From assembly GCA_030615165.1 (NCBI GenBank), contig JAUWZW010000003.1, positions 1 to 37,333 of the forward strand: 37,333 bases of DNA, given 5' to 3'. Below are positions 26,708 to 34,992 of this stretch, piece by piece (the first letter of the stretch is position 1; each line of letters opens with the position of its first letter). This stretch comes from Candidatus Aenigmatarchaeota archaeon (GTDB lineage: Archaea > Aenigmatarchaeota > Aenigmatarchaeia > QMZP01). The notes below the pieces were generated by a model. It ran no database searches and was not told the DNA's origin. It worked only from the letters and a program-made list of their open reading frames with translations. A program made the translations under genes and the position numbers.

Positions 26708-27253
26708 TCAGTTGTTCACGTCTGGAGCCAGAATCACAGCTTCACTGTTCGGCCCGGGAGGAGCAGGCGGCATTGTTCTGGCGCGTATTGTCGTATTCAG
26801 TTCTCGGATCGATTGGGCAACGCTCTGGTTGGCATTCTTCAAGTCTCTCATGTCACTCTGTAGTTCTCCCACTTGGCCTTTCATGTGGTCGAATCCGCGT
26901 TCAAGCCTTTCGACCCTTCGCTCAAAGGCGGCATCGCCCCTGGTTCTCCGGGTAGTCGGTCTCGGAGGAGCAGGCGGAGCAACAGGTGCTGGCCTGTACC
27001 AATTCCTCATGTCTTTGATTACTTCATCGGCTCCGTCGCGTAAGGTTTTGGCGCGGCCGTGTACAGCAGCAGCAAATGCTTCTGCCTTCTCGGCGTCTAT
27101 GTGCAGTTGATTCAGCACTTGCTCTTCCAGGGGTACCGAGTTTGAGCGCTGGCCGATTCCCGGTAGTGGGTCTGCGATACCTTTGTATATAACGCCCCCA
27201 ATGAAGCATGCCACCAACAACACGGCAATAAATATGGTCTTTTTCCAGTCCAT
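26708..27253 (-). CDS. N-terminally anchored coiled-coil protein with Pro-rich segments and C-terminal tail ...EAVILAPDVNN
   Basis: 181 aa. GGAGGT lies 6 nt upstream of the ATG. The TM helix is TIFIAVLLVACFIGGVIY. The coiled coil is RVERLERGFDHMKGQVGELQSDMRDLKNANQSVAQSIRELN. The last ~12 codons and 3' flank are shared with 29209..30114. Confidence 0.6.
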   Translation of the reverse strand: MDWKKTIFIAVLLVACFIGGVIYKGIADPLPGIGQRSNSVPLEEQVLNQLHIDAEKAEAFAAAVHGRAKTLRDGADEVIKDMRNWYRPAPVAPPAPPRPTTRRTRGDAAFERRVERLERGFDHMKGQVGELQSDMRDLKNANQSVAQSIRELNTTIRARTMPPAPPGPNSEAVILAPDVNN

Positions 27254-27342
27254 AACGGACCTCCTTTCATCTGTCTAAACCTTAAATTCCTTTTAGCTTG
27301 TCGCTTGTTTCAGCAGGCAGAAGGCACAACAGCAAAAATACT

Positions 27343-28272
27343 TTAGCCCTGAGTCGGCTGCTTCAGCAGCTTTTCAACCACTTCAGAAACTACCAGCCAT
27401 CTTCCCTTGTCACCAGGTTGTTTCTTGATGACTTTGTCACCGGCAAACCTGTCACGTAGTTGACGTGATTCTTGATTTGACAGATTGAACTTGTCTCTTA
27501 CCTGACTTCTGTTGAATGTTTCTTTATCTTTGAGGTATTCCAATTTCTTCCTGTAATCATCGTCAATGACAGGTTTTTCCTCTTGGGCAACGGTGGTAGG
27601 GGCAGCAGTTGTTGCCGATTCTGGTTCTGGCTCAGCAGGCTCGGGTACGGGTTGCTCGGTTTCGGCAACTGGTTCCTCAGCCTCTGCAGTGGTCTCTGCA
27701 GGCTCTTCCTTTGGCTGCTGCTCAATCTCGGTCTTGATAACCTTTAGCGTTCCCAAATCCAGAAGGGTCTGAAGAATTTCAGGGGTCATTATGCATTCCC
27801 TGCCTTTGTGTTCAACAAATGAACCGAGAACACCAAGTTTCTCCAGCTTGGTTAGAACCGAATCGGCTTCTGCACGTTTGATGCCCAATGATTTAAGCAC
27901 CTTATCATACAGGGAACCCACACCCCAGTTCTTGCCCTTGCCACCGGCAACAACAATGCTGATGATTTTGAGCATTTCTTCGGAAATCTGGGTTGTTTCA
28001 GCAGCTGGAGGGGGAGTAGGTTCAGCGGGTTCGGTGGGTTCAGGTGTTTCAGCGGGCTCATGGGATTCGGGTGTTTCAGGCGCAGTTACTGTCTGGAGCC
28101 CCTCAACTTTTGAAGTGTCAAGCTCCTCCTGAGGCTGGTCAACTGCAGGAGGAGGTTCTTCGATGCCCTGCTGCCGGGGTTGCTTGTCCGGTTGGGACTT
28201 TGACCCCGCGACCAAGATGCCCGCTACTATTAATAACGCGAGTAATACTAAACAAAGTGTTCCTAAATCCAT
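27343..28272 (-). CDS. membrane-tethered protein with Pro/Glu-rich linkers and two small globular (possibly winged-helix-like) modules
   Basis: 309 aa with an N-terminal TM (LCLVLLALLIVAGILVAG). The linkers are PETPESHEPAETPEPTEPAEPTPPP and EPAETTAEAEEPVAETEQPVPEPAEPEPE. GAGGTGA lies 4 nt upstream of the ATG. Confidence 0.55.
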   Translation of the reverse strand: MDLGTLCLVLLALLIVAGILVAGSKSQPDKQPRQQGIEEPPPAVDQPQEELDTSKVEGLQTVTAPETPESHEPAETPEPTEPAEPTPPPAAETTQISEEMLKIISIVVAGGKGKNWGVGSLYDKVLKSLGIKRAEADSVLTKLEKLGVLGSFVEHKGRECIMTPEILQTLLDLGTLKVIKTEIEQQPKEEPAETTAEAEEPVAETEQPVPEPAEPEPESATTAAPTTVAQEEKPVIDDDYRKKLEYLKDKETFNRSQVRDKFNLSNQESRQLRDRFAGDKVIKKQPGDKGRWLVVSEVVEKLLKQPTQG

Positions 28273-28299
28273 ATATCACCTCACTTTCTACAATCTTTT

Positions 28300-28338
28300 T
28301 CTCTATTCTCAAGTCTCATTTCTCTATTCTCAAGTCTC
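28300..28338. repeat. tandem direct repeat, 2 x TCTCTATTCTCAAGTCTC with 21-nt period, in the promoter region of 27343..28272
   Basis: Read directly from the sequence. On the minus strand the repeats lie 30-65 nt upstream of the ATG at 28272. This is a candidate operator or promoter element. Confidence 0.6.
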
Positions 28339-28725
28339 TTTCAACGCTTGAAGCTTATTTTGGGCTCTTGTGCACCAATCAGGTGTTAGGAAAAGAGCGC
28401 GGTGGGCCCTCCAGCCTTTTCCAGTTCGCCCGCGTCTCCATATTACATGCCAGAAGACAACACCATTGCCGCAATCCTTCTCTTCAGGAATATCATCTTC
28501 CAGCCACACCTTAGGATTTGTGAGCTCGCAGGTGACATTGCTTTTTCTGCCATCCTTGCGAAATTTTGGATCATCCGGCGGGTCAATCACTGCAAATACT
28601 TTTCCATGCTTTTTCAGTATGTCGGAAAGATACCCAAAATAGACTTCATAACCTTCATCTGGCTGTGGCGCTTTCACATCAAAACTACCTCCTTTCCTGC
28701 TAAAACAAGCAAACAAGAACAACAA
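28330..28725 (-). CDS. hypothetical protein (weakly supported)
   Basis: 131-aa ORF with no recognisable motif. The start is uncertain. The coding call rests only on ORF length and being in the same orientation as its neighbours. Confidence 0.3.
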   Translation of the reverse strand: MLFLFACFSRKGGSFDVKAPQPDEGYEVYFGYLSDILKKHGKVFAVIDPPDDPKFRKDGRKSNVTCELTNPKVWLEDDIPEEKDCGNGVVFWHVIWRRGRTGKGWRAHRALFLTPDWCTRAQNKLQALKET

Positions 28726-29149
28726 AATAAAACCTTTGAGACACGCTTATCAGGAACCAGGAAGGGGTTCTTCCCGGGTTAAAAAGGATTTGATAGGTTC
28801 GGCTATACAAAAACCCTCATCCCAAGACCGAATGCATGCGCCTATAAGTTTTATGCATTGTTAACTTCTCAAGGCACAATATGGTTTGGGATTCGGTTAT
28901 AGCCAAGTTCTTCAATGTTGTCTGCAACAGAATATTTATTCAAATATCCTGAGGACCCGAATGGGTTTCATGTGATGTTGTATTTGTGGAATATGATGAT
29001 ATGATGTATTGAATATGAAAGTGATATTGCTTAATTATACAGGGGAAAGCTTTATAAACCTTTCTGTATTTGTCACTGTAAAGAAGTTAAATATTTGTTA
29101 TATTTGGTTTATTCTTTGACGCCGTTAAGTTGACAGTTACAAAAGGAAA

Positions 29150-29185
29150 GGCGGGGCTGGTTCTTGGGAACCATATAACCCCGCC
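29150..29185. terminator. conserved GC hairpin GGCGGGGCTGGTTC ttgg GAACCATATAACCCCGCC downstream of the PspA-like gene
   Basis: Followed (on the minus strand) by TTTCCTTTTGTAACTGTCAACTTAAC. This is the same module as at 26634-26685. Confidence 0.6.
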
Positions 29186-29208
29186 TCTTGTCGCCATCTT
29201 GTCGTCAA

Positions 29209-30114
29209 TTAGTTGTTCACATCAGGGGACAGTATTACTACTTCAGGCTCGGCACTTTCAGGCTCCGGCTCTGCAGCAGCTGGCTCCTCAGTGCTGGCAG
29301 GCGGCTCGGTGCCGAAGTAAGCGTTGATTGCTTCAGTAGCATTCCTTGGCCCAACCTCGGCTTCCCAGTCAACTATCTCACCCCTGCCTGTTCCAACCGC
29401 AGTTTCACGGGTAACCCTCAGATCAGCTTCAAGCTCCAGATAACGGTTCTGAAGGGCGTTCATTGCCCTTGTGACACCGCTGGCAGAACCAAGGGGGTCG
29501 CCCTTGATAGCCTTAACAAGTTCTGAAACCTGAACCTCTACCTGTTTGGCAGCGATCTTGGCTTCCCATTCCTGGATTTTGCCCGTAAGTTCATTAACCT
29601 TGTTGGTAGCAATAACCAGCTGACTCTTTGCCTCTTCTATCTCTCTGCTAAGCCCCTCAAGAAGGATTTCCTTCTCTTTTATTTCTGTATCCAGGGCTTT
29701 GCAGCGGTCGATCCGGAGGAGGGCATCCTGGTTAACCTGCTCCCAGGTATAGGATTTGTTGTTGACTGTGATGGAATTGCCAGGCTGGCTGTTGGCAAGA
29801 ACCGTCTTGACTTTCTTCAGTATGGCCTCATTGCCTGCCTTGCGCTCTTTGAGCTCTTCAACATCTTCTGCGATAAGATTTGCCTTGATTTCACCCCTGC
29901 TGATATTCACATGATAGTTGCGAATTTTTCCTCGGCATTTCTCAGCTTCATCTTTGGCTATATCCACAAGGGTGTTAAGAGAGGCCTTATCGTCAAGATA
30001 ATCCGCAACACGTTTGCCCCTTGCATTGATGTGAGCACCCAGGTTGGGGACAATTGTCCAACCTAATACAGCAACTATGGCGACAGCCACTACAATAATC
30101 CAAAAAGTTTTCAT
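29209..30114 (-). CDS. N-terminally anchored coiled-coil protein, PspA/IM30/ESCRT-III-like (tentative), with acidic/Pro tail ending ...VVILSPDVNN
   Basis: The probable start is MKTFW (GAGGTG 6 nt upstream). The track ORF start at 30123 appears to be a GTG. The TM is WIIVVAVAIVAVLGWTIV. Long amphipathic helices (LIAEDVEELKERKAGNEAILKK...; ...GSASGVTRAMNALQNRYLELEADLRVTRE) resemble the PspA helix pattern. It is about 65% identical to 31037..31858. Confidence 0.6.
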   Translation of the reverse strand: MKTFWIIVVAVAIVAVLGWTIVPNLGAHINARGKRVADYLDDKASLNTLVDIAKDEAEKCRGKIRNYHVNISRGEIKANLIAEDVEELKERKAGNEAILKKVKTVLANSQPGNSITVNNKSYTWEQVNQDALLRIDRCKALDTEIKEKEILLEGLSREIEEAKSQLVIATNKVNELTGKIQEWEAKIAAKQVEVQVSELVKAIKGDPLGSASGVTRAMNALQNRYLELEADLRVTRETAVGTGRGEIVDWEAEVGPRNATEAINAYFGTEPPASTEEPAAAEPEPESAEPEVVILSPDVNN

Positions 30115-30120
30115 AATACA

Positions 30121-30245
30121 CACCTCTTTTCTTCACAAAAAGGGTTAACATTTTTGCAAGCTTCCTCAATAATCTGTTCTGTCTGTTTGGGGGATTTTCT
30201 GAATAACCTCCTTTCTGCCAGGGACCCATGCCAGGCAGACAGAAA
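30121..30245. repeat. promoter/5'UTR block copy 1, duplicated at 31863..31987 with near identity
   Basis: About 115 nt are almost identical: ...TTCACAAAAAGGGTTAACATTTTTGCAAGCTTCCTCAATAATCTGTTCTGTCTGTTTGGGGGATTTTCTGAATAACCTCCTTTCT..GGGACCCATGCCAGGCAGACAGAAA. It contains an inverted repeat TCTGCC...GGCAGA. Confidence 0.7.
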
Positions 30246-30299
30246 TATTGGTTCAGCTTGCATCAGTAAGAAACGCTAATACACGAGTCCTTTATTAAC

Positions 30300-30923
30300 T
30301 TAATGTTTATGAACCAAAGACCGCCTTGGTTCCGGGAATTTCTTTCCCGTAACATTCTCATAGAGCCTGGCAAGATTCTTCTCAAGATTCCTCATGTGTC
30401 TGGGGTAAAGGGAAATCACCTTTATACCGTGCTTTCTATAAAGCCATTTCTTTCCATTCATTTTCTCCACGTAGTTCATATCATCATCAGCCAAGCCCCA
30501 GAACTCAATGAAAACCTTTTCTCTGGGCAGATAAAAGTCCGGTCTGAGTTCTATGCCGTCAAGAATCAAAGGGTGCTCATACCTGTATGTGATGCCCCGC
30601 TTGTCAAGCAGTTCTGCTATCCGTTTCTCTGACCTGCTTCTGACCCTGACTCCTGAGTTGGTTCTTACGCTTCTTCCGTTGTATAATGCCCATGTATCAA
30701 GTTTGTCCAAAAGCAGGGAGAGATAGAATTTTGCTCTGATAAGCCAGTCCAAAAACCGGTTTCCTGTCCTTTTAAATTGGGGTCTTTTGGTGCCCCCGCG
30801 GATGAATGAGAAGATGGCCTTGTCCAGTCTGCTGAATTCCCTGCCAGGTGTATTGATAACCGCATCGTCAAGTCTGTCAAGTACCCACATTATTATCCTC
30901 CTTTTCGGTTTTTGCTTATTCAC
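30300..30923 (-). CDS. hypothetical protein, possible DUF559/Vsr-like (PD-(D/E)xK-type) nuclease fold
   Basis: 207 aa. RPDFYLPREKVFIEFWG resembles the RxDF...IE.DG core of endonuclease-like DUF559 domains. This is weak. Confidence 0.4.
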   Translation of the reverse strand: MNKQKPKRRIIMWVLDRLDDAVINTPGREFSRLDKAIFSFIRGGTKRPQFKRTGNRFLDWLIRAKFYLSLLLDKLDTWALYNGRSVRTNSGVRVRSRSEKRIAELLDKRGITYRYEHPLILDGIELRPDFYLPREKVFIEFWGLADDDMNYVEKMNGKKWLYRKHGIKVISLYPRHMRNLEKNLARLYENVTGKKFPEPRRSLVHKH

Positions 30924-30952
30924 ATCTGTTCACCTCTTTCTTAACCAAGAAA

Positions 30953-30988
30953 AGGCAGGGGCTGGTTGGAACCATATAACCCCTGCCT
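30953..30988. terminator. third copy of the conserved hairpin (AGGCAGGGGCTGGTT GGAACCATATAACCCCTGCCT)
   Basis: It lies between the stop of 31037..31858 (-) and the start of 30300..30923 (-). On the minus strand it is followed by TTTTCTTGGTT. Confidence 0.6.
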
Positions 30989-31036
30989 CTTTTAACCAGG
31001 TAATTGCTCCCTACACCAGGGAACACAAGTGCTGGC

Positions 31037-31858
31037 TCATTCGCTTTGCCCTGAGAAGTAGGCGTCAATTGCTTCAGCAGCTTTCCTTGGTGCGATATCG
31101 CCTTCCCAGTCAACGATGTTATCCCTGCCTGTTCCGACCGCGGTTTCACGGGCAACCCTTACATTGGCTTCAAGCTCCAGATAGCGGTCCTGAAGGGCGT
31201 TCATTGCCCTTGTAATCCCGCTGGTAGAACCAAGGGGGTCGCCCTTGATAGCCTTAACAAGTTCTGAAATCTCGACCTCTACCTCTTTGACAGCGATCTT
31301 GATTTCCCATTCCTGGATTTTTCCCGTCAGCTGGTTGGTTTTATCAATAGCAATAACCATCTGCCTCTCCGCATCTTCTATCTCTCTGTTGAGCCCATCA
31401 AGAAGGGTTTCCTTCTCTTTTATTTCGGTATCCAGGGTTTTGCAGCGGTCGATCCGGAGGAGGGCATCCTGGTTAACCTGCTCCCAGGTATAGGATTTGT
31501 TGTTGACTGTGATGGTGTCGCCAGGCTGGTTTTCCTTAAGAGCCTTCCCTGCTTTCTTGAGTATGGCCTCGTTGCCTGCCTTGCGCTCCTTGAGCTCTTC
31601 AACATCTTCTGCGATAAGATTTGCCTTGATTCTGCACCTGCTGATGTTCATCTGGTACTCAGATATCCTTTCAAGGCTTTTCTGGACTTCCTTTTTAGCA
31701 ATGTCAATGAGCTCCTGCAGAGACGCCTTCTTGTCAAGGTACTCCGCAGCACGCTCACCCTTTGCACTGATGTGAGCGCCCAGGTTGGGGATGACTGCAG
31801 AGGCAATGGCACCAAGTATGCAGACAGCCACCACGATAATTAGTATTTTTCTAAACAT
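31037..31858 (-). CDS. PspA/IM30/ESCRT-III-like (tentative) membrane-anchored coiled-coil protein, tandem paralog of 29209..30114
   Basis: The probable start is MFRKILIIVVAV (GAGGTG 4 nt upstream). Many stretches of about 75 nt are identical to the paralog at nucleotide level (e.g. 31441-31516 matches 29700-29775). The C-terminus differs (...AYFSGQSE). Confidence 0.6.
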   Translation of the reverse strand: MFRKILIIVVAVCILGAIASAVIPNLGAHISAKGERAAEYLDKKASLQELIDIAKKEVQKSLERISEYQMNISRCRIKANLIAEDVEELKERKAGNEAILKKAGKALKENQPGDTITVNNKSYTWEQVNQDALLRIDRCKTLDTEIKEKETLLDGLNREIEDAERQMVIAIDKTNQLTGKIQEWEIKIAVKEVEVEISELVKAIKGDPLGSTSGITRAMNALQDRYLELEANVRVARETAVGTGRDNIVDWEGDIAPRKAAEAIDAYFSGQSE

Positions 31859-31862
31859 AATA

Positions 31863-31987
31863 CACCTCTGTTTCTTCACAAAAAGGTTAACATTTTTGCA
31901 AGCTTCCTCAATAATCTGTTCTGTCTGTTTGGGGGATTTTCTGAATAACCTCCTTTCTACCCGGGACCCATGCCAGGCAGACAGAAA
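31863..31987. repeat. promoter/5'UTR block copy 2
   Basis: See 30121..30245. Confidence 0.7.
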
Positions 31988-32055
31988 ACTGACCCGGCCT
32001 GCGTTAAGGAAACAACAGAATTACATGAATCCTCTGTTAACAATAACCGTTTATA

Positions 32056-32727
32056 TCAGCCAATAAGACTTCCTGTAATCATCAGGTTTGCAAGCACAAG
32101 CAGGACACCCAGAGATAAAATGCTCCAGGCAATGGCCCACCCAAGGGCATGGACCTTTGTCATGCTCTGCAACTGCTCTGCATCCGTGTCCCCGCTCTGC
32201 CTGTGCCAGAGCCTTTTCCTGTAATGGCTTATAACAACAAAGGAATAGAGCACAGAACACAACCCAATAAATCTTGCGATAAAGTTTTCAATTGCGCCCG
32301 TAAGGAATATCCCGGCAGCAATAAGCGCTATTCCCGTGGCAATCGAGGAGAAGAACATCCTGGAATCCCTGACCCAGAGGAGCGTAAGGAGCAGGACCAT
32401 CAGGCCCATGAATGTGAGCGCATGGCCGGATGCATTTGTGTACGTCAGGTAGAAAAAGAAGAACCCGATAAGGATGCTGCCCAGGTATCCTGCATTCAGT
32501 ATTAGAAATGTGTTTCCTCCAAGGGTTTCTGTAATCCAGTATCCCCTTACTTTGTCGAATACTATCCCCTTTACCCTGCCTCCTGTAAGCACTGCTGCAA
32601 GGGCATGGCTGGCCTCATGGTAGAGGATGGTGAGCAGCCTTATGGGATAGGTGAAAATACTCCTCCAGCTCATCCATACAAGGATGAAGAGAAGGAGCAT
32701 GAGGATTAATTCTCTGAAATTATCCAT
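32056..32727 (-). CDS. membrane-embedded HExxH zinc metallopeptidase-like protein (site-2-protease/M50-like, tentative)
   Basis: LTILYHEASHALAAVLTGG places HExxH inside a TM helix. There are 5-6 TM segments. The likely start is MDNFRE (GGAGGTG 6 nt upstream). Confidence 0.45.
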   Translation of the reverse strand: MDNFRELILMLLLFILVWMSWRSIFTYPIRLLTILYHEASHALAAVLTGGRVKGIVFDKVRGYWITETLGGNTFLILNAGYLGSILIGFFFFYLTYTNASGHALTFMGLMVLLLTLLWVRDSRMFFSSIATGIALIAAGIFLTGAIENFIARFIGLCSVLYSFVVISHYRKRLWHRQSGDTDAEQLQSMTKVHALGWAIAWSILSLGVLLVLANLMITGSLIG

Positions 32728-32771
32728 GGTAACACCTCCTTTCACAAAACAAGGATTGCCATAACATTTTT

Positions 32772-33845
32772 CTAACGCTTCGGTTTTTGCTTGACCTCAA
32801 AACCTTTCCAAACTTGATGGGGAAGTGGGGATTGTTTTTTCTCTGGCCGGGACTTCTTTGGTTCTGACTTCTCTGGCCGGGATTTTTTGCCGCTCTTTTC
32901 TTCATTTTTTTTCAGGATACTCTCAATTCTCTCATATGCTTTACTATCCTTCTTTTGTTCCTTAAGGGCGGCTCTGAGCTCCGGCTCCACCTCGGTGCCT
33001 AAGTCCACCAGTATGAAGGTGGCATGGTCCTGAATAGCACCGGAACCCTTCAAGCTGTCATTAATGATCCTCCTAACTGGTGACCTGTCTGCCGGGTTAG
33101 TCTGGATGAGTGACTTGTCAGCATATAAACTTAATTTCCTTTCTTCAGGATCGCTGTTTTTTGCATAGTAGCTTTCCATAATCACCTTCAGTACAGGGAC
33201 AGCCGCCTTTGCATTGGGGCCTATCTCTCCTAGGGCTTTTATTGCTGCCAGGCGCACATGAATCTCAGAATCACCCACGGCTGTTTTTACAAGCGCAGGA
33301 ACAGCAGGAGCAGATGCAGGGCCTATCTTTCCCAGGGCTTCTGCAGCAGCTAATCGTATATTACCATATCTGTCAGACAGTTTGGTGTTGAGTGTCTTGA
33401 CTGCATCCTTAGCCCTGGATCCCATCTTCCCTATGGCATTGATAACTGCTACCTGCAGCACCTTCGGTTGCGAATCACCAAGGCTTTTAACAAGCGCGCT
33501 TACTGCTTCTTTTGTATCCTCTGCATCCGGACCTATTTCACCAAGTATTTCAGCAGCAGCAATGCGTATATCAGCGCTTTTACTGCCTAGCTGCTTTATC
33601 AGCGGCTTTACAGCAGGCCTGCCTATCTTTACCAGGGATTTTTGAACGTTCTTTTTTATTCCGGTATCCTTGTATTTCTCGCAGAGGAGTTTGACAAGCT
33701 CTTCAGCGACATCTGCTTCTGTTGGTATGTTGGGGTTTGCCTCGGTATTGGCCTTTTCAGGCACATAGCCCATCGCGATGTTACAGCTGTACAGGATCGG
33801 CAGCAGAACTATTAGTATTCTTATTGTCTTGTTCAGGTGTTTCAT
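32772..33845 (-). CDS. secreted/lipo HEAT-repeat (PBS-lyase-type) protein with a K-rich C-terminal tail
   Basis: The signal peptide is MKHLNKTIRILIVLLPILYSCNIAMG. Repeats are IRIAAAEILGEIGPDA, IRLAAAEALGKIGPAS and VRLAAIKALGEIGPNA. The tail is KKSRPEKSEPKKSRPEKKQ. Confidence 0.65.
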   Translation of the reverse strand: MKHLNKTIRILIVLLPILYSCNIAMGYVPEKANTEANPNIPTEADVAEELVKLLCEKYKDTGIKKNVQKSLVKIGRPAVKPLIKQLGSKSADIRIAAAEILGEIGPDAEDTKEAVSALVKSLGDSQPKVLQVAVINAIGKMGSRAKDAVKTLNTKLSDRYGNIRLAAAEALGKIGPASAPAVPALVKTAVGDSEIHVRLAAIKALGEIGPNAKAAVPVLKVIMESYYAKNSDPEERKLSLYADKSLIQTNPADRSPVRRIINDSLKGSGAIQDHATFILVDLGTEVEPELRAALKEQKKDSKAYERIESILKKNEEKSGKKSRPEKSEPKKSRPEKKQSPLPHQVWKGFEVKQKPKR

Positions 33846-33906
33846 TTATTCGCCTCCTTTCGTTCAAAAACAGGGAAGGGGGCGACCCGAGTAAGCATCG
33901 CCCCGG

Positions 33907-34992
33907 TTAGGTTAAACTGTCCAAACCATCTGGATACCACTTGTCCAGGTCTTTCAGAGAAACACTGGGCCTGGAATCCTGAAGGGCCACCAGGAAGTCC
34001 TGCATGCAGACAGGTCTTACCTGGTTCCTGGCCAGATGGGTGCTGCGCAATAGGGCTGCACGCCTTGCCTTCTGGGCAAGGCCCTTTACCAGGTCTGCAC
34101 CGGAGAAGAGCCTTGTTCTTTCAGCGAGCAGGTCGTAATCAATGTCATCTGTTGTTGGTACTCCATTCATGCTTTTCACGAGAATCTCTTGTCTCTCATG
34201 GATGAGAGGAAGGCCGACAAATATCACCTCGTCGAACCTGCCGGGTCTTTTCAGAGCCGCCCTCATGATTTCTGGTTTGTTGGATGTGCCAACCATCATG
34301 AGCATGTTGTTGTTGCCGTTCCGGCCAAGAAACCCGTCTGTCTCATTCAGGAACTGTGAATTGACTGACTTCTGTATCTCGGAATTTGATTCACGGAGAA
34401 ATCCCTCAATCTCATTGATTATTATCACCACACGCTTGTAACGCCTTACAACCCTGAACAGCTCCCGGACACATTTTACTGATGCCTCCTGGCTCTTCCT
34501 GATTATGTCGGCTGTTGTTATCTCAAAGACCACCATACTGACCTCGTTTGCAACAGCCTTGGCGAGCATGCTCTTGCCGTTGCCGGGCGGACCGACAAGG
34601 AGTATTCCGCCGCCTTCCACAATCTTCAGGAGCCTGGCCTTGTCCCTGTGCTGTAATGGTGTCAGGGCCCGGATTTTAATTTCCTGTTTGGGTTTGTTAA
34701 GGCCGACCACGTCACTAAACCTGACCCTTTGGATTTCGGATTTGTTAACAGGTCTGAACATGGGCTCGTTCGCAGCAACCATTTTGCTTTTTGCAGGAGC
34801 TTTCTTTTTCCTGCTGCGCATGGCAGAAGCTGTCCTTTTACAGCCCCATATGATGAAATCAACAATATGCTCGGCAGTGGTAAAGAGCAGGGACATTGCA
34901 AAGTCAGCAAGGCCCCTGCCCCTTTTGGCCCACTTTCTTCTGGAAGACCCCGGCAATGGTAATGCAAAACCGGATTTTCTGTGCCTTTTCAT
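33907..34992 (-). CDS. AAA+ ATPase (classic AAA clade) with an atypical Walker B (IIINEIE)
   Basis: Walker A is GPPGNGKS. Sensor-1 is TSN. The Arg-finger region is ALKRPGRFDEV. The C-terminal helical lid is FSGADLVKGLAQKA. Walker B reads VVIIINEIEG, with Asn where Asp is expected. It overlaps the upstream gene by 4 nt. Confidence 0.75.
   Translation of the reverse strand: MKRHRKSGFALPLPGSSRRKWAKRGRGLADFAMSLLFTTAEHIVDFIIWGCKRTASAMRSRKKKAPAKSKMVAANEPMFRPVNKSEIQRVRFSDVVGLNKPKQEIKIRALTPLQHRDKARLLKIVEGGGILLVGPPGNGKSMLAKAVANEVSMVVFEITTADIIRKSQEASVKCVRELFRVVRRYKRVVIIINEIEGFLRESNSEIQKSVNSQFLNETDGFLGRNGNNNMLMMVGTSNKPEIMRAALKRPGRFDEVIFVGLPLIHERQEILVKSMNGVPTTDDIDYDLLAERTRLFSGADLVKGLAQKARRAALLRSTHLARNQVRPVCMQDFLVALQDSRPSVSLKDLDKWYPDGLDSLT

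Noticed and set aside
27566-28514. Plus-strand Ser/Gly/Ala-rich ORFs
   Set aside because: They are antisense to the Pro/Glu-rich linker regions of 27343..28272. The compositional bias is an artefact.
28726-29120. 400-bp AT-rich non-coding stretch, considered for tRNA, small RNA or a CRISPR leader
   Set aside because: I found no cloverleaf-compatible sequence and no regularly spaced repeats. It is most simply the promoter region of 28330..28725.
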